From Octopus bimaculoides (lineage: Eukaryota), in the NCBI RefSeq assembly GCF_001194135.2, contig NC_069005.1, positions 12,369,217 to 12,433,216 of the forward strand: 64,000 nucleotides of DNA. The letters run 5' to 3'. Positions 23,135-35,328 of the stretch are shown in pieces. Under the pieces are notes generated by a model. It was not told the origin of the DNA, made no database searches, and saw nothing but the letters and a program-made list of their open reading frames with translations. Position 1 is the first letter of the stretch; the number at the start of each line of letters is the position of its first letter. The translations under genes and the position numbers were made by a program.

Positions 23135-23285
23135 AGCCGCAGTTGAGGTTGTGTAGTAATAAGCTTACTTTCTAACCACGTTGTTCTGGGTTCAGTCCAG
23201 TTGCGTGGCACATTCTTCAAGTATTTTCTACTATAGCCTTGGGACGACCAAAGCCTTGTGAATAGATTTGGTAGACGGAGAGGAT
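23135..23285 (+). mobile_element. SINE family C head fragment
   Basis: gggttcagtccagttgcgtggcacattcttcaagt...gaccaaagccttgtgaatagatttggtagacgg. Confidence 0.8.
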
Positions 23286-23403
23286 AAATACGTACTCTCA
23301 TTCGGTTGTATATTTTTGGAAGTACTGGTTAAATATCAGTTATGCAATGACGCTTGATCGCGTACATGTTTAATTCTAGCACCCTCAAATTTATATTTGG
23401 AAT

Positions 23404-23471
23404 GTTACACTGAAGATGTGAAATAAGTAAGTAAATAAATCTTTACTTTAATCCCGAAACACGTATGTGGC
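23404..23471 (+). ncRNA. Minimal type I hammerhead-ribozyme-like motif
   Basis: gttaca CTGAAGA [stem II, decayed] c GAAA c ac GTA tgtggc. Stem I gttaca/tgtggc is 6 bp with 2 G:U pairs; the minimal stem III resembles GAAACGCGUC. Confidence 0.5.
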
Positions 23472-23989
23472 TAATCTAGGTCGTGTGGATTCGTTACTTT
23501 TACTCGTTGCCTACGTAAAAAAACGTGCTACGGTCTGGGAGATATTTATGGTAGTGGAAAAAGTATTTTAACTGCTATTTCTAAATTCGGTGATTGGTGA
23601 AGCAATGAACTGACGCTCGATTATAGTTGTGCTTATAATTATAGAATATTTGTATAACGTTACCATAAAGGGTTATTTTAACGTACTGTACTACTTGGTA
23701 AAATTATTGATTATTAATTAATTAATTGATTAATTAATTAATTTAACCCTTTATTTAATATATATATATATANNNNNNNNNNNNNNNNNNNNNNNNNNNN
23801 NNNNNNNNNNNNNNNNNNNNNNNNNNNNNNNNNNNNNNNNNNNNNNNNNNNNNNNNNNNNNNNNNNNNNNNNNNNNNNNNNNNNNNNNNNNNNNNNNNNN
23901 NNNNNNNNNNNNNNNNNNNNNNNNNNNNNNNNNNNNNNNNNNNNNNNNNNNNNNNNNNNNNNNNNNNNNNNNNNNNNNNNNNNNNNNNN

Positions 23990-24035
<46 letters not shown>

Positions 24036-24084
24036 CATGTATGTATATTTATGTATGCATGTGTGTGTGTGTTTCTATATGTTT

Positions 24085-24275
24085 CCCAGACACACATTGC
24101 TTTCCAACCGGTGTTAATATGTTAGCATCCCGTAACTTAGCAGTTCGGTAAAATAGACCAATAGAAAAAGTATCACGCTTAAAAAAATAAATATTGGGGT
24201 CGAGTTATTCGACTAAAAAAATCATGGTGGTGCCCCAACATGGCCGCCATCTAATGACTGAGACAAGTAAAAGGT
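24085..24275 (+). mobile_element. SINE family B tail fragment
   Basis: cccgtaacttagcagttcggtaaaatagacc...ccccaacatggccgccatctaatgactgag. Confidence 0.8.
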
Positions 24276-24309
24276 AAATAGTGTAAACTTCATGTTAATA
24301 CTATATAGG

Positions 24310-24520
24310 GCTGGTTTTCCAGTTTCCATTACGTGATCACAACAGCAGCCCCCGGACGGAACGCCAGTCCATCGCAGAGTTACTTTTTTTTACAGTTGAC
24401 TGGAAGGTGAAACGAAGTGTTATAGTCAAGAAAATATTTCACCGCCTGGTCAAGTAATCGAGACTACGATTTTATGATCATGAGCGCAATACCTTAAATA
24501 GTATGCCGTGCGCCTTCACA
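24310..24520 (-). mobile_element. SINE family D-like fragment
   Basis: cggacggaacgccagtccatcgcagagttac...caagtaatcgagactacg aligns loosely in reverse. Confidence 0.5.
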
Positions 24521-24551
24521 AACATCAGGACAACTGTAGACTATATATTTT

Positions 24552-24745
24552 CTGTATATATTTCATGCCCATGAGAAAGGTTTATGAAGGTAATCATAAT
24601 CGATTTCAGACAGGCTTAAAGTCAATCCTAGTATTCATAATGAGAAATTAGTTTTTCTCTCACAAACTTCGGCACAGAAATTGTCTGAGCGATGCCTTTG
24701 GCTGTCCCTTTGGCTGTCCATGTTCTGTAAGGATTAAACTTCACC
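24552..24745. repeat. Unclassified ~190-bp dispersed repeat, copy 2
   Basis: See 15561-15754. Confidence 0.85.
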
Positions 24746-25009
24746 AATCACCCGATTTCATTAACATCATCACTTCAGGTATGTTCAGCGGAAAGCGCTT
24801 TACTTCAGACATTCGAAATGTGGATTCCATTTGTGACTAATTCGAAAGTTTCACTTGCAGCTTCCATCCAACTCAGGAAATCCTTTTTTCTTTCGTTCTG
24901 CTTTTTCTGGCACCAATTTCGTAGCCACTGCACATGCGTTATGTTTCGCCGTTTTTTTTACGTCTGTTATAAACGACTACCCGTTGCCTCCCAACAGGAT
25001 ATTTCCAGA

Positions 25010-25680
25010 GACATTCCCACTGCGTGACACTTTGGACAAGTGTCTTCTACTACAGCTCCGAGCCAAGTAAAACCTTCAGAGTATAGTGGATTTGGTTCAC
25101 GGAAACTGATGGTAACCCACTGTATATATGTATANNNNNNNNNNNNNNNNNNNNNNNNNNNNNNNNNNNNNNNNNNNNNNNNNNNNNNNNNNNNNNNNNN
25201 NNNNNNNNNNNNNNNNNNNNNNNNNNNNNNNNNNNNNNNNNNNNNNNNNNNNNNNNNNNNNNNNNNNNNNNNNNNNNNNNNNNNNNNNNNNNNNNNNNNN
25301 NNNNNNNNNNNNNNNNNNNNNNNNNNNNNNNNNNNNNNNNNNNNNNNNNNNNNNNNNNNNNNNNNNNNNNNNNNNNNNNNNNNNNNNNNNNNNNNNNNNN
25401 NNNNNNNTACACACGACGGGTATACACACACACACACACACGCGCGCGCATCTATGTGTGCGGATATAATTATTTCTGTGTTTGTTCCTCACCACCGATT
25501 GATAATCAGTGCTAGTTTGTCTACTTCTTAACTTAGAGTTCCAGCCCAGCAGAAGAGACTAATAGAATAAGTATTAGGCTTTAAAACAGAAGTTCTAGGG
25601 TCGATTTGTTCGACTAAAAACTCTTCGAAACACTACCCCAGCATAACTGCAGTCGAATGACTGAAACCAGTAGAAGAAAA
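25010..25680 (+). mobile_element. SINE family C/B spanning an N gap
   Basis: cccactgcgtgacactttggacaagtgtcttctac body before the gap; B tail at 25460-25680. Confidence 0.75.
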
Positions 25681-27261
25681 GATCGATCAAGCGAGCAATT
25701 TCTCTGCGAAAATCTGGTCCACTAATTTAGGTTACCGTGAAATTACAAAAAGAAATCATACTGCAAAGCGATAGGAAATCTACAAAACTAACAAATTGCA
25801 TGAGAATGCAACAGGTCAACAACCTAATTTCCTAGTATGAAATTGACCCGTATAATCCCTACAACACGAACTATTCAAGTATTAATTACAGAGCTTTGTA
25901 AACTTGCTCCAATAAATCTATAATATACCATGACAAAATCTCTATATGTATAACGTACGAGCAGAACACGATTGAAAATTCAGTTTTATCTCTAAAAACT
26001 CTTGTTTAATTATCTTTTTATGATAGTCATACCACCCAAGGGAATATGAATGAACATATCCATTGAATTCAATGGAAAAATAAATGAAAAGACCTTGCCT
26101 ATAAATTTAACTACTTGTAAATCATAAGGAGAGAGAATTTTCCTCTTTTTTTAATTTTGGAGTGGGAGTTACGCAGATATTATACAGACGGTCTTGATTG
26201 GATTGAAATGCAACAAGACTTGTGTGAGATTACAACAGTCATCTATTAATTAAGTACACACGCTATCGCTTCTAACGATTCAATAGTGATTGTGGTATAT
26301 AAGTGCCTCTCTACGTCTCTATGTATCCTCATCAATACGTGCTTGCAAACGTATGCAAATACATGTATATGTGTGTGCGCGCATCTTTCTTTGAGTGTGT
26401 GTGTGTATGTGCGTGTGTGTTTTAGTGTATGTTTAGAAATACCAGTATGAAGAGATTCGCTGGTTACTTACAGTGTTTTGATTAGTTATTATATTTTCCA
26501 TAGTAATCCGAATGCAAACCTCAGCTGTACTATTCTATTACAGGGAAAATCGTCATTATATCGCAGGAAATTATTAGCGGCATTTCGTCCATGTGTATGT
26601 GTGTGTGAATGTGTTCGTGTGTGTGTGTATGAATGTGTGCGTGTGTGTGTGTGTGTGTTTGTGCATATTTTGGATTAGTTATTGGGCTCATTAGAATCTA
26701 GATATATCAAAACGTAAGACACCAGCATGGCTAGGTACCTAGTATTGAGCACACAGTAAGGTAAAATAACATTTAGCTGTCAGCATTATAGTGTATGCAT
26801 ATACACGCACACATAATACATGCATAAACATACACATACACACTCACATACACACACACTCATATATACATATACATGCACATATACATGCACATAAGAA
26901 TATACACATAGGTACCAACTCCAAAATAAACCGTTGGTCCGACACAATGTTAGTTCCAAGTGTGGCGTATGTATACAGAAAAACACAACTGGGGGGTTCA
27001 AAATTCACAACAGCTGTTTCGTGATGCATTCATAGATTCCATCGTAGCAAAATCACATGATGATCGGGTAACGGGTTAGCTTATGGTCTTACCTAGCATG
27101 TGTATGTGCTTAAAATTTACTGGCAGGTTTCTGTTATAATGTAATTTAAGAATGCATCGAAAAAGCGTTACCGAAACAGCTGTCGGGAATTTTGAGCCCC
27201 ACTTATTTTCTTGATTATATATCCATACACATATACAGTTACACACACTCACTTACACACA

Positions 27262-27450
27262 TATATATGGTGGTTGTCTTCACCTTATGCAGAGTTCGAC
27301 AACCTCCTGTACCCACTCCTTAGAACCATCATGGCATCTGACGTGGATTTTCAAACCAATCTTTCGGAAAAGACACCCACATAGATTGCATATCCGATTT
27401 GGGCCACCAAGCGCTGCAGTTAAATACCGATCATTGTGGATCTTAAAATA
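27262..27450 (-). pseudogene. Probable RTE-type LINE 3' end with a C2H2-like finger
   Basis: Minus frame ..RICNLCGCLFRKIGLKIHVRCH.. resembles the RTE ORF2 C-terminal finger (C..C...F..RIGL.SH.R.H), followed by a short UTR and a (TA) tail. Confidence 0.5.
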
Positions 27451-28226
27451 CAAACATGCATATAATTTCAGAATTCAAATAAATTATCATTACCGATAAC
27501 AAAAATGATAATAAAGTCGTCAGTGAGCATAACCAAAATAGGCATAATATATATTATTAAAAGTCGGGGTACAATATGCATCTAAAATGAAGAGTTGAAA
27601 CTCTCCAAAGCGACGCATCTCTCATTATATGTAAACACGCACGGAGAATGCACCAATTGTACTAAAATAAAACAGTCCTCCTCATTTGTAAAACCACAAG
27701 GTGAAGAGTAGATATCCTAGTATCAATTGATATCATTTCCAGTGCCTAATGGCACTTGAAGCTTATCAGTTAGGCATACTACGTAAATTATTTTAAAATA
27801 GAGAGCAAGTATAAATTCAAAATTCAAATAAGTTATCATTATCTTTAAACAGCAAACAACCAAAAACAGGCAATATATATATTATTAAAAGTGAGGGTAC
27901 AACATGCACCTGTTTGTTAGAAAGAGGAGAGTATATATCGCAGTATCAATTGATTTCATATTTAACATACATCTACCATTCCGTTTTCGAAGTTGCAGGG
28001 CCTTCAGCTGAACAGAGAGAATAATATACAAACACAATATCAATTAAATATCAAACATGGTACATAAGTACTGGCCGAATGATATTATTGCCGTGTATGT
28101 AGACAGTTACGCCCAGCTGGGTGAAGAAATCCGCTCTTAGCTATTCAAACATGTATTTTATATTAAACATACTGTCCATAATATTTACGAAGGTAGATTT
28201 TGAGATAGGCGAATAAACTATAAACA

Positions 28227-29742
28227 AGTAACAGAAAGGTACAGGTGTCAATCCAATACGACCGTTTCCAACGACTCCTTCAATTGATTAATGAAAACAT
28301 TATATCTTTGTAAAGAAAACGTTTTCGTGACAATGAAGTCATGTACTTCAAAATAAAGGACATTCAGAGTGATTTAACATAGTTTAAAATCCACGGAGCA
28401 AAAACATTTACCTTAATTCTGCAACTATTTCAGTTAGCAGAATGGATTTAGCAGAATAGTGTATATTTGGTCAGAACGGAGATATTTGGGGGTTAGTAGG
28501 GTTTATAGGAGGGGAAAGGATAATTGACTCCAGTGACCCAGTTATCTATACTTCTAACAGAACAGGAAGGCACGGCTCCAGTAGTCTACATTTATTTATT
28601 AAGAAGTTGTTTAATGTTTACTGCGGGACTCCTACAATTTAGCATTGTGATATTAAAATAGCAATAAGAGAAATTAGACATTAAATATGGGTAAAAAAAA
28701 TTAGATTGTACGTAAAATTGTAAGTAAAATAGATGCATTAAGATTTAAGAATAATAAAAGAATTAAAATTTAAAGAAATATAGTGAATATAAATAATATG
28801 AAGAGATATAAAATTTATAAAAGAGATGCCAATAAAATAAAAAGTAAAAAGTTATTTGAACATACGCCTCAAATATGGGAGGATAATGATAAGTCACATT
28901 AAAAATTAGGTATTAAATATAAGGTAAGTCATTTCTTATATCTTAATGCATCTCTTTTTCTTATAATTTTAAGTACAATCTAACTTTTTACCCATATTCA
29001 ATTTCTAATGTATCTTACTGCTATAATATTGCCACTATACTAAATTATAGGAGTCCCTTTTATTCCCAAACAATGATTCCTATTCCTAATTTAGGGCTTG
29101 CTCACATTACCCTTATTCCATTATCTTTCAAACTCTTCCTTTACTAATACGGTAATTAATAACGGTTGGGTAAGCTTTCGCTCTTTCTTCTTTCGCCTTA
29201 CCATCCCTTCGCCATCCCGCATTTCCTTACTACTGCCCTTTGCCTGGCCCATTTGCGGAGATAAAACCTGTATATTAATTCCATCACGTACAACCTTCAT
29301 AATTTAGTAGGTTGACCTGACTGCAATTCATTTTCTTACCACTGACCAGTAAGCATTAAACAACTTCTTAATAAATAAATGTAGACTACTGGAGCCGTGC
29401 CTTCCTGCCTTGTTAGAAGTATAGATAACTGGGCCACTGGAGTCAATTATCCTTTCTCCTCCTATAAACTCTGCTAACCCCAACATTTCTCTGTTCTGAC
29501 CAAATATACACTATTCTGCTAAATCCATTCTGCTAACTGAAATAGTTGCAGAATTAATGCAAATGTTTTTGCTCCGTGGATTTTAAACTATGTTAAACCA
29601 CGCTGAATGTCCTTTATTTTGAAGTTCATGAATTCATGTGACGAAAACACTTTCTTTACAAAGAGGTAATGGTTTCATTAATCAATTAAAGGAGTCGTTG
29701 GAAACGGTCGTAATGGCTTGACACCTGTACCTTTCTGTTACT
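28227..29742. repeat. 1.5-kb foldback: ~397-bp arms 28227-28623 and 29347-29742
   Basis: About 28 differences by eye (~93% identity). Confidence 0.95.
28625..29057. repeat. Inner foldback/MITE: ~125-bp arms 28625-28751 and 28933-29057
   Basis: Termini gggactcc...ggagtccc; arms roughly 80% identical by eye; AT-rich spacer. Confidence 0.85.
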
Positions 29743-29830
29743 CATTTACACACACACACACACACATACACACATATATATATATATATACATACATAAT
29801 ACATAAATACAGACAGACAGACAGACAGAC

Positions 29831-30310
29831 AGGCGTGTCTGTGTGGTAGAAAGCTTGCTTCCCAACCACATGGTTCTGGGTCCCGTCCCAATACATGGCA
29901 CCATGAGGAGGTGATTTCTACTAACAGGCTCACGCTGACCAAACCTTTGTAAGTAGATTTGCTAGAGGGAAAGTGAAAGAAGACCGTCGTATATATTTGT
30001 GTGTGTGTGAGTGGATGAGTGTGTGTGTTTTTGTGAGTGTATGTGCGTGTGCGTGTGTATAAATCTATGTATGTGAGAGTGTGCGTCTTTCTGTCCGACT
30101 TTGTCCCACCACCACCACCACCACTACTTGACAACAGGTGCTAATGTGTTAACAACCCTGTAACCTTAGCGGTTCGGCTAGAAAGTCGATAGAATATTTG
30201 CCAGGCTGTAACAAGTATTACTGTATTCTATTCATTCTACTAGAAATTTAAGATGGAGCCCCAGCAAACCAGCAGTCAAATAAATGAAACAAGTAAGAGA
30301 TAAAAGGTAA
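29831..30310 (+). mobile_element. SINE family C/B, full length
   Basis: aggcgtgtctgtgtggtagaaagcttgcttcccaacc head, internal (GT)n, B tail. Confidence 0.85.
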
Positions 30311-30339
30311 AAGATACATACATACATATATACATTTGT

Positions 30340-30551
30340 TTTTACTTATTTACTTGTTTCAGCTATTTGACTGCGGCCATGCTGGAGTAACGCCTTTAAT
30401 CGAACAAATAGAGCCCAGGACTTATTCTTTGTAAGCCTAGTACTTATTCTATCGGTGATTTTTGCCGAACCGTTAAATTACGGGGACATAAACACACCAA
30501 CATCAGTTCTCAAGCGATGATGGGGCGACAAACACAAACACACAAATATAT

Positions 30552-30616
<65 letters not shown>

Positions 30617-31200
30617 TGTTATATTCCGTCAGGATCGTAGCAGAATGCAGTATAAAGCTCGTTCATCTTCACAATTACCTAGTACTGTCAGTATTATTAT
30701 TATTATATATTTCGAAGTTTAAGTTTGCGCATTCGTCGTGTGTGAATGTAAAATTAAAGAAATTGGAGTCAAGATGGAGGAGTACGGTTGGACATTTATT
30801 TATTATTCGCTACAAATGTTTCGACGCAACATAGTTCTCCAATAATATAGGTATTTGATTATGCATCTGTTTGTTTGCATAACGAGATCTAGTTATGTTT
30901 CCTCAGGTGATATACGTGTGCTGTTCCGTTAGTTTCAAATCGTCAACTTCAAGGCTGTCTTCTCTGTTCATCGTGGTTTGATTTTAGCAGCTGTTGATAG
31001 ACCTATGGTGTTTATGGCGAGCGCACGTTTGTCGTATATATACGACGGACTTTTATCAGTTTCGATATATCAAATCCAGCCACGATGCTTTGGTAGGTCC
31101 GAGACTGTAGTAGAAAACACTTACCCAAGGTGCCATGTAGTGGGAACGAAGCTGGAACTATCTGGTTGGGAAGCAAGCTCGTTACCACACAGCTACGCCT
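30340..31200 (-). mobile_element. SINE family C/B split: head 31200-31020, tail 30545-30340
   Basis: Both parts match the 3445-3813 copy, with about 400 bp of unrelated sequence between them. Confidence 0.7.
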
Positions 31201-32399
31201 GTATTGTATATATTCGTTTAATAATGTTGATTTCTGTTCGGACGGATGAAACCGGCTGTCACTCTGTTAACAAAAACTTTTCCGCAATAACATTATTACA
31301 AACTCGTATATTTGAAAATCTTCCAAACAGAAGGTGAATCAAACATTACATCTTCAGTAGTTTGTAGTGTACACCTGTTACAGTTCTCTTCAGACCTATC
31401 ATATCTAGTAAGGTTTAACGGCAGATTTGTTGTTGTTGTTGTTGTTGTTGTTGCTGGTCATGCTTGATCTTGTTTCAACTTCTTTTAATGTATCGGTATT
31501 TGCGGTGACGTTTACGTTGCTGTCTGGAGAGTTCATACTTAGAGTGGGAAAAAGCAACAGGCAAAAAATGAAGAAAAACTCAATAATACGCTGGACTAAA
31601 AATTATGATCTTGTCTAAGTACGATGCTGTCAAACTTTGGGGATTATACTTCGTATGAGTGACATCTTAGATTGCGCAACATTTCTTTATTGCTAAGAGA
31701 ATCTATATTTTTCACCATCTTAAAAAAACAAAAAAGATATGCTGACCACCTTTAGCACTTCATTTCTCGTGACACATGATGTAAATTAGTAAAAAGAAAT
31801 GCAAGAAAAATCAAATTACTACAAATGACTATTGCAAAATGCTTAGTGGACATTTTTTGTTCCAGTAAAGGAGATATGATGATTTGCAGTACGGTACTTC
31901 CAGTCAAGAAAATAAGAGGAATACATACTTCTTAACCAATATCGATTGATCACATGAACTTCTATATTAAGAGGAAAAGATATAAAGATACTTAGTATAT
32001 CTTTATTATGTTTTGCTTGATTTTTTTTCTTTTCTTTTTGTAAATGAAGTAAATTTGGTTTTCGCATAGATCTAAGCTTTCTTGCATGTGAACAAACTCG
32101 AATGTCCAATGGCCTACATGAAATATCATCGAAATCATGTTTAAATTATAAAACACTGCCTTGAAAGAATAAAAATAAAGGAGGAACGATATTTTAAATA
32201 ATGTACGATTATCTATACACACACTATACAATTAAAATACGATACCTGATAAATAAAGAAGGAACAGTCACGGGTGGAGCGCAATTTTCATTGTAGCTCT
32301 GCTTCATCATGTCTGATTCTAAGAAGACAGATCTAAAGCAGCTGCAATGAAATCGATGTGCTCGAACTTGATGTCTACCCATGTTCTCAGCCCACTACT

Positions 32400-32512
32400 C
32401 CTAGGATGATCGTGGTGGGGTGGCGGGTAGAGTCTTCAAACGCCTACGCCATAATGTCCTATCAGTAGCAACCGTCATTACATTTTCTGGCTTGAACCTC
32501 GCCACTCAAGCT
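32400..32512 (-). pseudogene. Possible non-LTR retrotransposon 3' ORF remnant
   Basis: VARFKPENVMTVATDRTLWRRRLKTLPATPRSS* contains the A.DR..WR motif typical of LINE ORF ends. Confidence 0.4.
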
Positions 32513-33130
32513 TGTCCAAAAAAATGTTCATTCTTGAGACGTGACAGCAAAGAAGGGCGCACATTTACTCTCTACGTGCGATTATACTCGGGAGGTTTGT
32601 GAGGAACCCATTGACCCAGTTTTCTGACTTTTCTGATGGCACTCAGGTGTCGATGAATGGTGGAATGACCAAATCCAATTTTCTCAGCATGTTCTTCAGC
32701 ACTTACGATGGGATTTTGTTCCACTGGGGTTTTTCGAGCCTTCCTCGTTGATCTTCCAGGGTGAGACTAGTCTGCTAGGCTGTAGTTTCCGGCTTGGAAT
32801 TTCAGAAACCACCGTTGACACTGGCTTACGCTTATTGTCCGATCCCTATATACTGCATTAATATTACTCGCATTTCCGTTGTGTTGTTGCCTTTATTGAA
32901 CTCACGAAGCAAACTATTCCGATTATGCTCGTTTTTCACTTCCATTATAGTTTTAAAATATAACTGTTAACGTCGAACTGCACTCTTGAAAACTTACACG
33001 AAGAATAAGTAGAAGATAAAATTGCTATTTGCTTTCATAGCAAGTCGATGCAGGTAGTTTATCCCGTCCCCTCACCCCGATTTTTAGTTCATGCAATTGA
33101 AAAAACTGCATTATTTATGGGATGATACAA
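32512..33130 (-). mobile_element. 5' half of a mariner of the same family as 18839-19756
   Basis: TIR ttgtatcatcccataaataatgcagtttttt followed by TA at 33131. The 5'UTR and HTH region are collinear with 18839-19300, and it retains GQWVPHK. Confidence 0.88.
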
Positions 33131-33305
33131 TATATATTGCCCTTGAGTTAGAGTAATTTTTGTGAAGCATTTTGTGGTACAAATTTAAAGAGATTTCTTC
33201 TGTATGTTTCGGGGTTTTGACCACTTTTCCAGGAGTTTACTTTGTACCTTCGCGCATTGTTCCGGCCTTACACATCAAATCACTTTAAAATATATTGCCT
33301 ATGTC

Positions 33306-33530
33306 TCATTTAATTTTGGAAAGAAGAAATTCAGCAAAATAAATTGCTACTATAAAACTGATATTTGGAGCACTACTTGACATGGAAGTTTGATAGAAGT
33401 TTTTAATTCGTGTTAGTTTAAAACAGAAAGTATGTGCTACAGAACTTGCTGAGGTCACAGGATTGGTATCAAAAAGGTCAAGTAAATTGGGCAACGAACT
33501 TTTTCCATGTGTTCTGAAGATTCTATCAAT
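33306..33530 (-). pseudogene. hAT transposase C-terminal dimerisation-domain remnant
   Basis: LPNLLDLFDTNPVTSASSVAHTFCFKLTRIKNFYQTSMS resembles the hAT consensus (PVTSASSERSFS.L.RIKN..RS.MS). Confidence 0.6.
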
Positions 33531-34177
33531 CTAGCATTTTTGAGATATCTAAAGACAATAATAATATAAGTTTTCTGTATGCATTGTATATTACATAAAA
33601 TAACTTCTATTGCTATTCAATTTTCAATATGTTCAATAAATATTTAATGTTGATTTTTGTAGTATCATGGACACTGTTCGTTATCTCAATGTCAGATAGT
33701 ACAGAGGGAGAAAAAATAATCGTTTCACCTTAGCGTTCAGCTTTAGTGATAAGTAATATTATTATTAGTTTTTTTTCTAGCAACGACATGAACTTCCATA
33801 GAAATCTAATATGTAAAGCAATATATTTATGTAAAAAATATTCTGAACTTTTTTTTCTTTTTTAGAAGAAAAATGAGATCTATCTGTGGACAAAATAAGA
33901 AAAAATTAAGACATCAAGTGCTTGGCAAATGGCGAACGGAACGTGACAAATTAAAGGAAGTACATGCTAATTACACAGTAGATGTTCTACTATCTTCAGG
34001 GAAAAACAATTTTTAAACATGCTACCTATCTAATGTAAGTTAGATGTGCCATAAAAAAACTATAGGTTAAGAAAATATAACTTGGATACACAGCATTTTC
34101 AGAAAAGTGTTTCGTCTCCTGAAAGAAAATGAAAATAAAGAAAAATTAATAATCATATAGCAATATTGATTTCAAAA

Positions 34178-34830
34178 AGCAGCGATCTGGCAGAGACAGT
34201 AGCACGCCGGGCGAAATGCTTAGCGGTATTTCGTCTGTCTTTACGTTCTGAGTTCAAATTCTGCCGAGGTCGACTTTCCTTTCCATCCTCTCGGGGTNNN
34301 NNNNNNNTCTATTGGCCTCCTTCCCTCAAAATTTCGGGCCTTGTGCCTAGAGCAGAAAAGAATATTACCACAATCTAGCTGAACAGAATATTGCTTTCAA
34401 ATTTTGGCACAAATCCAGCAAGTTCACGAGTGAGGGTAAGTTCACTTCCTCGACCCCAGTGCCCAGGTGTTATTTATTTTCTCGACCCCGAAATGAGGAG
34501 AAGCAAAGTCGACCTCGGCGGATTTTGAACTGAGTGAGTATGGAGAGAGCAAATGCTGCTAAGCATTTTGCTGAACGTGCCAATAATTCTGTCAGTTTTT
34601 CGCCTCATAGCTTATTAGAATATCTGCTTTCAAATTTAGGCACAACAACAGCAAATCCCAGGGTCGGGTTAATTCAATTACAGACACCGATGTATGCAAT
34701 TGGTAGTTATTTCATCAACCCCGAAAGGATGTAATTCACAGTCGACCTAGGCGGAATTTGAACCCAGGACGTATAGACTGACAAAATGCCGCTGAGAATT
34801 GTGCCCGTGGCAATAGCGATTATGCCATTT
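34178..34830. mobile_element. Three SINE A copies (34178-34370 +, 34388-34600 -, 34620-34830 -)
   Basis: Core, head and tail motifs present. Confidence 0.8.
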
Positions 34831-35328
34831 CGCTGATTAGAATATTCGTAGAAATAAAATAGATCAAAACTGCATTTTGTGTAAGCACGAAGTGTATTGC
34901 ATACTCAAGCACTGCAGTAGATTATTCAATGATGGGATGATCACGGATTATAATTGGTGTATTATCGATATCATGTATAACATTTCTAATACACTAAAAG
35001 ATGCATCGAGTGATTCCATCCATCTGAATTCCATCCATCTGAATTCCATGCAGATGTCTAAGAGTTGAAGTTTCAAACATGACAATGTCATAATTTTCAA
35101 ATTGAATTCTATCAAGTAGATACAGTGTAGAGTTTGTAAAGAGAGCGCTAAATTCGATTTCTTACCTTGGTGTCTCGCAAAAATGCATATAGCAATCAGT
35201 CACAGTATTGTAAATACATACACACACACTCACACAGACACATACACACATAGACGCACGCGCGCACACACACACATATACACACACGCGTACATACATA
35301 TAAAAGTAGAGCAGAAGCGAGAAGTGAA

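Noticed and set aside
26890-27450. Apparent three-exon chain on the minus strand with compatible phases
   Set aside because: The first 'exon' is better explained as an RTE LINE 3' end, and the last donor is weak. This shows that phase agreement can be coincidental.
31290-31370. CTGAAGA with flanking acaaact/agtttgt pairing on the minus strand (hammerhead-like); similar case near 61020
   Set aside because: GAAA is missing in the first and stem I is missing in the second.
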